From NCBI RefSeq assembly GCF_009914755.1, contig NC_060946.1: 64,000 bases of DNA; one strand, given 5' to 3'. Under the pieces are notes generated by a model. That model was not told the origin of the DNA and made no database searches. It saw only the letters and a program-made list of their open reading frames with translations. Made by a program: the position numbers and the translations under genes. The first letter of the stretch is position 1; the number at the start of each line of letters is the position of its first letter. This DNA is from the human T2T-CHM13v2.0 reference genome, Homo sapiens. This document shows, piece by piece, positions 39,701-53,200 of the stretch.

Positions 39701-42700
39701 TGTGAAGATATTTCCTTTTTCAGCGTAGTCCTTACAACGCTCACAAATATCCTTCTGCAGATACTAGAAAAAGACTGTTTCCAAACTGCTCCATCAAAAG
39801 AAAATTTCACCTACCTGAGATGAATGCACACATCATAAAGAAGTTTCTCAGAATTCTTCTGTCTGGATTTTATGTGAAGATATTTCCATTTTCACCTTAG
39901 GCCAAAAAGCGCTCCAAACATCCCTTTGCAGATGACACGAAACGACTGTTTCCAAACTGCTCAATCAAAAGAAATTTTCAACTCTGTGAGATGAAAGCAC
40001 CCATCACAAAAAAGTTTCTCAGAAATCTTCTCTCTAGTTTTTATCTCAAGATAATTCCTATTTTGCCATAGGAATCAAGGGGCTCACAAATATCCCTTTG
40101 CAGATTCTACAAATTTCTGTTTACAAACCTCTCAATCAAAAGAAACGTTCAACATTGTGAGATGAATGAACACATCACAAAGAAGTTTCTCAGAATGCTT
40201 CTGTCTGGTTACTCTGTGAAGATATTTCTTTTTTCACCACAGTCTTTAAGCCACTCAAAAATATCTGTCTGCAGACACTACAAAAAGACTGTTTCCAAAC
40301 TGGCCCATATAGCATGTTTCAACTATGTGAAAGGAATGCACTCATCAAAGAGAAGTTTCTTAGAATTCTTCTGTCTAGTTTTTATGTGAAGATATTTCCT
40401 TCTTCACCGCAGGCCGCAAATTGCTCCAAATATCCATTTGCGGATTCTACAGAAAGAATGTTTCCAAACTGGTCAATCAACAGAAAGGCTCAACTCTGTG
40501 AGACGAAATCACACATCACAAAGAAGTTTCTCAGAAAGCTTCTGTCTACATTTTATGTGAAGGTATTTCCTTTGGCACCGTAGGCGTTAAACCACTCACA
40601 AACATAACTCCGCTTATACTACCAAGAGACTTTCTCCAAATTGCTAAATCAAAAGAAACGTTCAACTCTGTGAGATGAATACACACATCAAAAATAAGTT
40701 TCTCATAATGCTTCTGCCTAGTTTTCATGTGAAGATATTTATTTTTCACCATTGGCCCCAAACGGCTCAGAAATATCCCTTTGCAGTTTGTAGGAAAAGA
40801 CTGTTTCCAAACTGCTCAATGAGAAGAAATGGTCAACTATTAGAGATGAATGGAAATGTCACAAGGAGTTTTCTCAAAATGCTACTGTGTCGTTTTTATG
40901 TGAAGACGTTTCCTTTTTCACTCTAGGCCTTAAAACTCTCTAAATATACATTCACAGATTCTACAAAAAGACGGATTCCAAACTGCTCAATCAGAAGAAA
41001 GTTTCAATTCCGTGTGACAAACGTGCACATCACAAAGAAATTTGTCAGAAAGCTTCTGTCTACTTTTTATGTGAAGATATTTCATATTTCAACAAAGGCC
41101 ATAAAGGGCTCACAAATATCCCTTTGCGGATTCTAAGAAAAGACATTTTCCAAACTCCTCAATCAAAAGAAATGTTTCACTCTGTGCGATGAATGGACAC
41201 ATCACAAAGAAATTTCTCAGAAAGCTTCTGTCTACTTTTTATGTGAGGCTATTTCTTGTTCACCATAGGCCTCAAGCAGCTAAGAAATTTCCCTCTGCAG
41301 CTTCTACAAAAGACTGGTTCCAAACTGCTCAACTGAAAGGAAGGTTGAATTCTGTGACATGAATTCACACATCACAAAGAGGTTTCTCAGAAATCTTCTG
41401 TCTAGTTTTTATGTGAAGATACTTCCTTTTTCACCAAGGGCCTCAAATATCTCCAAATATCCATTTGCAGATTCTACAGAAAGACTTCCCAAACTGCTCA
41501 ATCAAAAGAAAGGTTCAACACAGTGAGATGAAGGCACACATCACAAAGAAGTTTCTCAGAAATCTCCTGTCTAGTTTTTATGTGAAGATATTTCGTATTT
41601 CACCACAGGCCATAAGGGGCTCACAAATATCCCTTTGCAGGTTCTACAAAAAGACTGTTTCCAAACTGCTCAATCAAAAGAAAGGTTCAACTCTGTGACG
41701 TGAATGGACACATCACAAAAAATTTCTTGGAATGATTCCGTCTAGTTTTTATGGGAAGATGTTTCTCTTTCACCAGAAGCCTCAAACGGATCGGAATTCT
41801 CCCTTTGCAGATTGTACAATAAGCCTCTTTCCAATCTGCTCAATCAAAAGAAAGTTTCAACTCTGTGAGGTGAATGCACACATCACAAGTTAGTTTCTCA
41901 GAAAGCTTCTGTTTAGTTTTTACGTGAAGATGTTTCGTTTTTCAACATGGGCCTCAGAAGCTCTCCAAATATCCATTTGCAGATTCTAGAAAAAGAGTGT
42001 TTCCAAACTCCTCAATGCAAAGAAAGTTTCAATTCCGTGAGATGAAAGCACACATCACAACGAAGTTTCTTAGAAAGCTTCTGTCTAGCTTTTATGTGAA
42101 GATACTTCACAGTGCATCATAGTACTCAATGGGCTCAGAAATATCCCTTGGCAGATTCTACAAAAGGACTGTTTCAAAACTGCTCAATCCAAAGAAAGTT
42201 TCAACTATGTGAGATGAATGCACACATCACAAAGAAGTTCCTCAGAATGCTTCTGTCTAGTTTATATGTGAAGAAGATTCCTATTTCACCATAGGCAATA
42301 AAGGGCTCGCAAATATGTTTTGCAGATTCTACAAAAAGACTGTATCCAAACTGCTCAATAAAAAGAAAGTTTTAACTCTGTTAGATTAACGGACACATCG
42401 AAAAGGAGTTTCTCAGAAAACTTCTGTTTAGTTTTTATGTGAAGATATTTCCTTTGTCACCATTGGCCTCAAAGCACTCCTAATATCCATTTACAGATTT
42501 CACAAAAAGAGTGTTTCCAAACAGCTCAATCAAAAGAAAGTGTTTAACTCAGTGAGGTGAAAACACACATCTCAAAGGAGTTTCTCAGAAAGCTTCGGTC
42601 TACTTTTCATGTGAAGATATTTCCAGTTTCACCGTAGGCCTCAAAGGGCTAAGAAATATCCCTTTCCAGATTCTAAAAGACGACCGTTTCCATACTTCTC

Positions 42701-44200
42701 AATCAAAAGAAAGGTTAAATTCTCTGAGGTTAATGCCCACGTCAGAATGAAGTTTCTCAGAATTCTCCTGTCTAGCTTCTATGTGAAGATATTTACTATT
42801 TCACTATAGGCTTCAAAGGTCTCAAAAATATCCCTTTGCAGATTCTACAAAAATACGGTTTCCACAGTGCTGAATTAAAAGAAACCTTCAACTCTGTCAG
42901 ATGAATGGAGACATCACAAAGAAGTTCCTCGGAATGCTTCTGTCTAGTTTAAATGTGAAGATATTTCTCTTTCACCACAGACCTCAAATGGCTCAGAAAT
43001 ATGCCTTTGCAGATTGCAGAAAAAGACTGTCTCTAAACTGCTCAAATAAAATAAAGTTTCAACACTGTGAGATGAATGCACACATCACAAAGAAGTTTCT
43101 CAGAAACCTTCTGTCTAGTTTTTATGTGATGATATTTCCTTTTTCAGCATAGTCCTTACACCGCTCACAAATATCCTTCTGCAGATACTAGAAAAAGACT
43201 GTTTCCAAACTGCTCCATCAAAAGAAAATTTCACCTACCTGAGATGAATGCACACATCATAAAGAAGTTTCTCAGAATTCTTCTGTCTAGATTTTATGTG
43301 AAGATATTTCCATTTTCACCTTAGGCCAAAAAGCGCTCCAAACATCCCTTTGCAGATGATACGAAACGACTGTTTCCAAACTGCTCAATCAAAAGAAATT
43401 TTCAACTCTGTGAGATGAAAGCACCCATCACAAAAAAGTTTCTCAGAAATCTTCTGTCTAGTTTTTATCTCAAGATAATTCCTATTTTGCCATAGGAATC
43501 AAGGGGCTCACAAATATCCCTTTGCAGATTCTACAAAAGTTCTGTTTACAAACCTCTCAATCAAAAGAAACGTTCAACATTGTGAGATGAATGAACACAT
43601 CACAAAGAAGTTTCTCAGAATGCTTCTGTCTGGTTACTCTGTGAAGATATTTCTTTTTTCACCACAGTCTTTAAGCCACTCAAAAATATCTGTCTGCAGA
43701 CACTACAAAAAGACTGTTTCCAAACTGGCCCATATAGCATGTTTCAACTATGTGAAAGGAATGCACTCATCAAAGAGAAGTTTCTTAGAATTCTTCTGTC
43801 TAGTTTTTATGTGAAGATATTTCCTTCTTCACCGCAGGCCGCAAATTGCTCCAAATATCCATTTGCGGATTCTACAGAAAGAATGTTTCCAAACTGGTCA
43901 ATCAACAGAAAGGCTCAACTCTGTGAGACGAAAGCACACATCACAAAGAAGTTTCTCAGAAAGCTTCTGTCTACATTTTATGTGAAGGTATTTCCTTTGG
44001 CACCGTAGGCCTTAAACCACTCACAAACATAACTCCGCTTATACTACCAAGAGACTTTCTCCAAATTGCTAAATCAAAAGAAACGTTCAACTCTGTGAGA
44101 TGAATACACACATCAAAAAGAAGTTTCTCAAAATGCTTCTGTCTAGTTTTCATGTGAAGATATTTATTTTTCACCATTGGCCCCAAACGGCTCAGAAATA
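21800..44200. repeat. Divergent 20-mer HOR island, haplotype B (3423-3425-bp period), ~6.5 copies, in register with the flanking A array
   Basis: Spacing of the homologous MHHSTQ ORF start: 21566, 24989, 28414, 31839, 35264, 38688, 42112, 45537 (periods 3423, 3425, 3425, 3425, 3424, 3424, 3425). Diagnostic alleles include gaatggagacatc (2 bp shorter than A), ctgtgcgatg, gacgaccg and actccgcttatactacc. Confidence 0.95.
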
Positions 44201-47200
44201 TCCCTTTGCAGTTTGTAGAAAAAGACTGCTTCCAAACTGTTCAATGAAAGGAAATGGCCAACTATTAGAGATGAATGGAAATGTCACAAAGAGTTTTCTC
44301 AAAAAGCCACTGTGTCGTTTTTATGTGAAGACATTGCCTTTTGCACCCTAGGCCTTAAAACTCTCTAAATACACATTCACAGATTCTACAAAAAGACTGA
44401 TTCCAAACTGCTCAATCAGAAGAAGGGTTCAATTCCGTGTGACAAACGTGCACATCACCAAGAAATTTGTCAGAAAGCTTCTGTCTACTTTTTATGTGAA
44501 GATATTTCATATTTCAACAAAGGCCATAAAGGGCTCACAAATATCCCTTCGCAGATTCTAAGAAAAGACGTTTTCCAAACTCCTCAATCAAAAGAAAGGT
44601 TTAACTCTGTGAGATGAATGGACACATCACGAAGAAGTTTCTCAGAAAGCTTCTGTCTAGTTTTTCTGTGAAGATATTTCTTTTTCACCATAGGCCTCAA
44701 GCAGCTAAGAAATTTCCCTCTGCAGCTTCTACCAAAGACTGTTTCCAAACTGCTCAACTGAAAGAAAGGTTGAATTCTGTGACATGAATTCACACATCAG
44801 AAAGAGGTTTTTCCGAAATCTCCTGTCTGGTTTTTAGGTGAAGATACTTCCTTTTTCACCACGGGCCTCAAATATCTCCAAATATCCATTTGCAGATTCT
44901 ACAGAAAGACTTTCCAAACTGCTCCATCAAAAGAAAGGTTCAACACTGTGAGATGAAGGCACACATCACCAAGAAGTTTCTCAGAAACCTTCTGTCTAGT
45001 TTTTAGGTGAAGATACATCGTATTTCACCACAGGCCATAAAGGGCTCACAAATATCCCTTTGCAGGTTCTACAAAAAGACTGTTTCCAAACTGCCCAATC
45101 AAAGGAGAGGTTCAACTCTGTGACGTGAATGGACACATCACAAAAAATTTCTTAGAATGCTTCCGTCTAGTTCTTATGGGAAGATATTTCTCTTTCACCA
45201 TAAGCCTCAAACGGATCAGAATTCTCCCTCTGCAGATTGTACGATAAGCCTCTTTCCAATCTGCTCAATCAAAAGAAAGTTTCCACTCGGTGAGGTGAAT
45301 GCACACATCGCAAGGGAGTTTCTCAGAAAGCTTCTGTTTAGTTTTTACGTGAAGATATTTCGTTTTTCACCACGGGCCTCAAAAGCTCTCCAAATATCCA
45401 TTTGCATATTCTAGAAAAAGAGTGTTTCCAAACTCCTCAATCAAAGGATAGTTTCAATTCTGTGAGACGAAAGCACACATCACAACGAAGTTTCTTAGAA
45501 AGCGTCTGTGAAGTTTTTATGTGAAGATACTTCACATTGCATCACAGTACTCAAGGGGCTCAGAAATATCCCCTTGCAGATCCTACAAAAGGACTGTTTC
45601 AAAACTGCTCAATCCAAAGAAAGTTTCAACTATGTGAGACGAATGCACACGTCACGAAGAAGTGCCTCAGAATGCTTCTGTCTAGTTTATATGTGAAGAA
45701 GATTCCTATTCCACCATAGGCAATAAAGGGCTCACAAATATGTTTTGCAGATTCTACAAAAAGACTGTACCCAAACTGCTCAATAAAAAGAAAGTTTTAA
45801 CTCTGTTAGGTTAATGGACACATCAAAAAGTAGTTTCTCAGAAAACTTCTGTGTAGTTTTTATGTGAAGATATTTCCTTTGTCACCATTGGCCTCAAAGC
45901 ACTCCTAATATCCATTTACAGATGTCACAGAAAGAGTGTTTCCAAACTGCTCAATCAAAAGAAAGTGTTTAACTCTGTGAGGTGAAAGCACACATCTCAA
46001 AGAAGTTTCTCCGAAAGCTTCGGTCTAGTTTTCATGTGATGATATTTCCAGTCTCACCATAGGCCTCAAAGGGCTAAGAAATATCCCTTTCCAGATTCTA
46101 AAAGACCACCATTTCCATACTTCTCAATCAAAAGAAAGGTTACATTCTGTGAGGTTAATGCACACATCAGAATGAAGTTTCTCAGAATTCTCCTGTCTAG
46201 TTTTCATGGGAAGATATTTACTATTTCACTCTAGGCTTCAAATGTCTCAAAAATATCCCTTTGCAGATTCTACAAAAATATGCTTTCCAAAGTGCTGAAT
46301 TAAAAGAAACCTTCAACTCTGTCCGATGAATGGAGAGGCATCACAACGAAGTTCCTCAGAATGCTTCTGTCTAGTTTAAATGTGAAGATATTTCTTTTTC
46401 ACCATAGACCTCAAAGGGCTCAGAATTAGACCTTTGCAGATTGCAGAGAAAGACTGTCTCTAAACTGCTCAAATAAAATAAAGTTTCAACACGGTGAGAT
46501 GAATGCACACATCACAAAGAAGTTCCTCAGAAAGCTTCTGTCTGGTTTTTATGTGAAGATATTTCCTTTTTCACCATAGGCCTTACACCGCTCACAAATA
46601 TCCTTCTGCAGATACTAGAAAAAGACTGTTTCCAAACTGCTCCATCAAAAGAAAATTTCACCCATCTGAGATGAATGCACACATCATAAAGAAGTTCCTC
46701 AGAATTCTTCTGTCTAGTTTTTATGTGAAGATGTTTCCATTTTCACCTTAGGCCACAAAGCGCTCCAAACATCCCTTTGCAGATGATACGAAAAGACTGT
46801 TTCCAAACTGCTCAATCAAAAGAAATTTTCAACTCTGTGAGATGAGAGCACACATCACAAAAAAGATTCTCAGAAATCTTCTGTCTCGCTTTTATCTCAA
46901 GATAATTCCTATTTTGCCATAGGAATCAAGGGGCTCACATATATCCCTTTGCGGATTCTACAAAAGTTCTCTTTACAAACTTCTCAATCAAAAGAAACGT
47001 TCAACATTGGGAGATGAATGAACACATCCCAAAGAAGTTTCTCAGGTTGCTTCTGTCTGGTTGCTATGTGAAGATGTTTCCTTTTTCACCGTGGTCTTTA
47101 AGCCACTCAAACATACCTGTCTGCAGACTCTACAAAAAGACTGTTTCCAAACTGGCCCATATAGCATGTTTCAACTATGTGAAATGAATGCACTCATCAA

Positions 47201-50200
47201 AAAGAAGTTTCTCAGGATTCTCCTGTCTAGTTTTTATGTGAAGATATTTCCTTTTTCACCGTAGGCCACAAATTGCTCCAAATATCCATTTGCAGATTCT
47301 ACAAAAAGAATGTTCCCAAACTGGTCAATCAAAAGAAAGGCGCAACTCTGTGAGACGAAAGCACACATCACAAAGAAGTTTCCCGGAAAGCTTCTGTCTA
47401 CATTTTATGTGAACGTATTTCCTTTGGCACCATAGGCCTTAAACCGCTCACAAATATAACTCCAATTAAACGACCTAGAGACTTTCTCCAGATTGCTAAA
47501 TCAAAAGAAAGGTTCAACTCTGTGAGATGAATACACACATCAAAAAGAAGTTTCTCAAAATGCTTCTGTCTAGTTTTCATGGGAAGATATTTATTTTTCA
47601 CCGTTGGCCCCAAACCGCTCAGAAATATCCCTTTGCAGTTTGTAGAAAAAGACTGCTTCCAAACTGCTCAATGAAAGGAAATGGCCAACTATTAGAGATG
47701 AATGGAAATGTCACAAAGAGTTTCCTCAAAAAGCTACTGTGTCGTTTTCATGTGAAGACATTGCCTTTGGCACCCTAGGCCTTAAAACTCTCTAAATGCA
47801 CATTCACAGATTCTACAAAAAGACTGATTCCAAACTGCTCAATCAGAAGAAGGGTTCAATTCCGTGTGACAAACGTGCACATCACCAAGAAATTTGTCAG
47901 AAAGCTTCTGTCTACTTTTTATGTGAAGATATTTCATATTTCAACAAAGGCCTTAAAGGGCTCACAAATATCCCTTCGCAGATTCTAAGAAAAGACGTTT
48001 TCCAAACTCCTCACTCAAAAGAAAGGTTTAACACTGTGAGATGAATGGACACATCACGAAGAAGTTTCTCAGAAAGCTTCTGTCTAGTTTTTCTGTGAAG
48101 ATATTTCTTTTTCACCATAGGCCTCAAGCAGCTAAGAAATTTCCCTCTGCAGCTTCTACCAAAGGCTGTTTCCAAACTGCTCAACTGAAAGAAAGGTTGA
48201 ATTCTGTGACATGAATTCACACATCACAAAGAGGTTTTTCAGAAATCTCCTGTCTGGTTTTTAGGTGAAGATACTTCCTTTTTCACCACGGGCCTCAAAT
48301 ATCTCCAAATATCCATTTGCAGATTCTACAGAAAGACTTTCCAAACTGCTCCATCAAAAGAAAGGTTCAACACTGTGAGATGAAGGCACACATCACCAAG
48401 AAGTTTCTCAGAAACCTTCTGTCTAGTTTTTAGGTGAAGATACTTCGTATTTCACCACAGGCCATAAAGGGCTCACAAATATCCCTTTGCAGGTTCTACA
48501 AAAAGACTGTTTCCAAACTGCCCAATCAAAGGAGAGGTTCAACTCTGTGACGTGAATGGACACATCACAAAAAATTTCTTAGAATGCTTCCGTCTAGTTC
48601 TTATGGGAAGATATTTCTCTTTCACCATAAGCCTCAAACGGATCAGAATTCTCCCTCTGCAGATTGTACGATAAGCCTCTTTCCAATCTGCTCAATCAAA
48701 AGAAAGTTTCCACTCGGTGAGGTGAATGCACACATCGCAAGGGAGTTTCTCAGAAAGCTTCTGTTTAGTTTTTACGTGAAGATATTTCGTTTTTCACCAC
48801 GGGCCTCAAAAGCTCTCCAAATATCCATTTGCATATTCTAGAAAAAGAGTGTTTCCAAACTCCTCAATCAAAGGATAGTTTCAATTCTGTGAGACGAAAG
48901 CACACATCACAACGAAGTTTCTTAGAAAGCGTCTGTGAAGTTTTTATGTGAAGATACTTCACATTGCATCACAGTACTCAAGGGGCTCAGAAATATCCCC
49001 TTGCAGATCCTACAAAAGGACTGTTTCAAAACTGCTCAATCCAAAGAAAGTTTCAACTATGTGAGACGAATGCACACGTCACGAAGAAGTGCCTCAGAAT
49101 GCTTCTGTCTAGTTTATATGTGAAGAAGATTCCTATTCCACCATAGGCAATAAAGGGCTCACAAATATGTTTTGCAGATTCTACAAAAAGACTGTACCCA
49201 AACTGCTCAATAAAAAGAAAGTTTTAACTCTGTTAGGTTAATGGACACATCAAAAAGTAGTTTCTCAGAAAACTTCTGTGTAGTTTTTATGTGAAGATAT
49301 TTCCTTTGTCACCATTGGCCTCAAAGCACTCCTAATATCCATTTACAGATGTCACAGAAAGAGTGTTTCCAAACTGCTCAATCAAAAGAAAGTGATTAAC
49401 TCTGTGAGGTGAAAGCACATATCTCAAAGAAGTTTCTCCGAAAGCTTCGGTCTAGTTTTCATGTGATGATATTTCCAGTCTCACCATAGGCCTCAAAGGG
49501 CTAAGAAATATCCCTTTCCAGATTCTAAAAGACCACCATTTCCATACTTCTCAATCAAAAGAAAGGTTACATTCTGTGAGGTTAATGCACACATCAGAAT
49601 GAAGTTTCTCAGAATTCTCCTGTCTAGTTTTCATGGGAAGATATTTACTATTTCACTCTAGGCTTCAAATGTCTCAAAAATATCCCTTTGCAGATTCTAC
49701 AAAAATATGCTTTCCAAAGTGCTGAATTAAAAGAAACCTTCAACTCTGTCCGATGAATGGAGAGGCATCACAACGAAGTTCCTCAGAATGCTTCTGTCTA
49801 GTTTAAATGTGAAGATATTTCTTTTTCACCATAGACCTCAAAGGGCTCAGAATTAGACCTTTGCAGATTGCAGAGAAAGACTGTCTCTAAACTGCTCAAA
49901 TAAAATAAAGTTTCAACACGGTGAGATGAATGCACACATCACAAAGAAGTTCCTCAGAAAGCTTCTGTCTGGTTTTTATGTGAAGATATTTCCTTTTTCA
50001 CCATAGGCCTTACACCGCTCACAAATATCCTTCTGCAGATACTAGAAAAAGACTGTTTCCAAACTGCTCCATCAAAAGAAAATTTCACCCATCTGAGATG
50101 AATGCACACATCATAAAGAAGTTCCTCAGAATTCTTCTGTCTAGTTTTTATGTGAAGATGTTTCCATTTTCACCTTAGGCCACAAAGCGCTCCAAACATC

Positions 50201-53200
50201 CGTTTGCAGATGATACGAAAAGACTGTTTCCAAACTGCTCAATCAAAAGAAATTTTCAACTCTGTGAGATGAGAGCACACATCACAAAAAAGTTTCTCAG
50301 AAATCTTCTGTCTCGCTTTTATCTCAAGATAATTCCTATTTTGCCATAGGAATCAAGGGGCTCACATATATCCCTTTGCGGATTCTACAAAAGTTCTCTT
50401 TACAAACTTCTCAATCAAAAGAAACGTTCAACATTGGGAGATGAATGAACACATCCCAAAGAAGTTTCTCAGGTTGCTTCTGTCTGGTTGCTATGTGAAG
50501 ATGTTTCCTTTTTCACCATGGTCTTTAAGCCACTCAAACATACCTGTCTGCAGACTCTACAAAAAGACTGTTTCCAAACTGGCCCATATAGCATGTTTCA
50601 ACTATGTGAAATGAATGCACTCATCAAAAAGAAGTTTCTCAGGATTCTCCTGTCTAGTTTTTATGTGAAGATATTTCCTTTTTCACCGTAGGCCACAAAT
50701 TGCTCCAAATATCCATTTGCAGATTCTACAAAAAGAATGTTCCCAAACTGGTCAATCAAAAGAAAGGCGCAACTCTGTGAGACGAAAGCACACATCACAA
50801 AGAAGTTTCCCGGAAAGCTTCTGTCTACATTTTATGTGAACGTATTTCCTTTGGCACCATAGGCCTTAAACCGCTCGCAAATATAACTCCAATTAAACGA
50901 CCTAGAGACTTTCTCCAGATTGCTAAATCAAAAGAAAGCTTCAACTCTGTGAGATGAATACACACATCAAAAAGAAGTTTCTCAAAATGCTTCTGTCTAG
51001 TTTTCATGGGAAGATATTTATTTTTCACCGTTGGCCCCAAACCGCTCAGAAATATCCCTTTGCAGTTTGTAGAAAAAGACTGCTTCCAAACTGCTCAATG
51101 AAAGGAAATGGCCAACTATTAGAGATGAATGGAAATGTCACAAAGAGTTTCCTCAAAAAGCTACTGTGTCGTTTTCATGTGAAGACATTGCCTTTGGCAC
51201 CCTAGGCCTTAAAACTCTCTAAATGCACATTCACAGATTCTACAAAAAGACTGATTCCAAACTGCTCAATCAGAAGAAGGGTTCAATTCCGTGTGACAAA
51301 CGTGCACATCACCAAGAAATTTGTCAGAAAGCTTCTGTCTACTTTTTATGTGAAGATATTTCATATTTCAACAAAGGCCATAAAGGGCTCACAAATATCC
51401 CTTCGCAGATTCTAAGAAAAGACGTTTTCCAAACTCCTCACTCAAAAGAAAGGTTTAACACTGTGAGATGAATGGACACATCACGAAGAAGTTTCTCAGA
51501 AAGCTTCTGTCTAGTTTTTCTGTGAAGATATTTCTTTTTCACCATAGGCCTCAAGCAGCTAAGAAATTTCCCTCTGCAGCTTCTACCAAAGGCTGTTTCC
51601 AAACTGCTCAACTGAAAGAAAGGTTGAATTCTGTGACATGAATTCACACATCACAAAGAGGTTTTTCAGAAATCTCCTGTCTGGTTTTTAGGTGAAGATA
51701 CTTCCTTTTTCACCACGGGCCTCAAATATCTCCAAATATCCATTTGCAGATTCTACAGAAAGACTTTCCAAACTGCTCCATCAAAAGAAAGGTTCAACAC
51801 TGTGAGATGAAGGCACACATCACCAAGAAGTTTCTCAGAAACCTTCTGTCTAGTTTTTAGGTGAAGATACTTCGTATTTCACCACAGGCCATAAAGGGCT
51901 CACAAATATCCCTTTGCAGGTTCTACAAAAAGACTGTTTCCAAACTGCCCAATCAAAGGAGAGGTTCAACTCTGTGACGTGAATGGACACATCACAAAAA
52001 ATTTCTTAGAATGCTTCCGTCTAGTTCTTATGGGAAGATATTTCTCTTTCACCATAAGCCTCAAACGGATCAGAATTCTCCCTCTGCAGATTGTACGATA
52101 AGCCTCTTTCCAATCTGCTCAATCAAAAGAAAGTTTCCACTCGGTGAGGTGAATGCACACATCGCAAGGGAGTTTCTCAGAAAGCTTCTGTTTAGTTTTT
52201 ACGTGAAGATATTTCGTTTTTCACCACGGGCCTCAAAAGCTCTCCAAATATCCATTTGCATATTCTAGAAAAAGAGTGTTTCCAAACTCCTCAATCAAAG
52301 GATAGTTTCAATTCTGTGAGACGAAAGCACACATCACAACGAAGTTTCTTAGAAAGCGTCTGTGAAGTTTTTATGTGAAGATACTTCACATTGCATCACA
52401 GTACTCAAGGGGCTCAGAAATATCCCCTTGCAGATCCTACAAAAGGACTGTTTCAAAACTGCTCAATCCAAAGAAAGTTTCAACTATGTGAGACGAATGC
52501 ACACGTCACGAAGAAGTGCCTCAGAATGCTTCTGTCTAGTTTATATGTGAAGAAGATTCCTATTCCACCATAGGCAATAAAGGGCTCACAAATATGTTTT
52601 GCAGATTCTACAAAAAGACTGTACCCAAACTGCTCAATAAAAAGAAAGTTTTAACTCTGTTAGGTTAATGGACACATCAAAAAGTAGTTTCTCAGAAAAC
52701 TTCTGTGTAGTTTTTATGTGAAGATATTTCCTTTGTCACCATTGGCCTCAAAGCACTCCTAATATCCATTTACAGATGTCACAGAAAGAGTGTTTCCAAA
52801 CTGCTCAATCAAAAGAAAGTGATTAACTCTGTGAGGTGAAAGCACACATCTCAAAGAAGTTTCTCCGAAAGCTTCGGTCTAGTTTTCATGTGATGATATT
52901 TCCAGTCTCACCATAGGCCTCAAAGGGCTAAGAAATATCCCTTTCCAGATTCTAAAAGACCACCATTTCCATACTTCTCAATCAAAAGAAAGGTTACATT
53001 CTGTGAGGTTAATGCACACATCAGAATGAAGTTTCTCAGAATTCTCCTGTCTAGTTTTCATGGGAAGATATTTACTATTTCACTCTAGGCTTCAAATGTC
53101 TCAAAAATATCCCTTTGCAGATTCTACAAAAATATGCTTTCCAAAGTGCTGAATTAAAAGAAACCTTCAACTCTGTCCGATGAATGGAGAGGCATCACAA

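Noticed and set aside
21800-44200. Island as a mobile-element insertion, inversion or HOR structural variant
   Set aside because: It has the same orientation and the same 20-monomer order, with no target-site duplication or foreign sequence. All period changes are explained by 1-2-bp indels.
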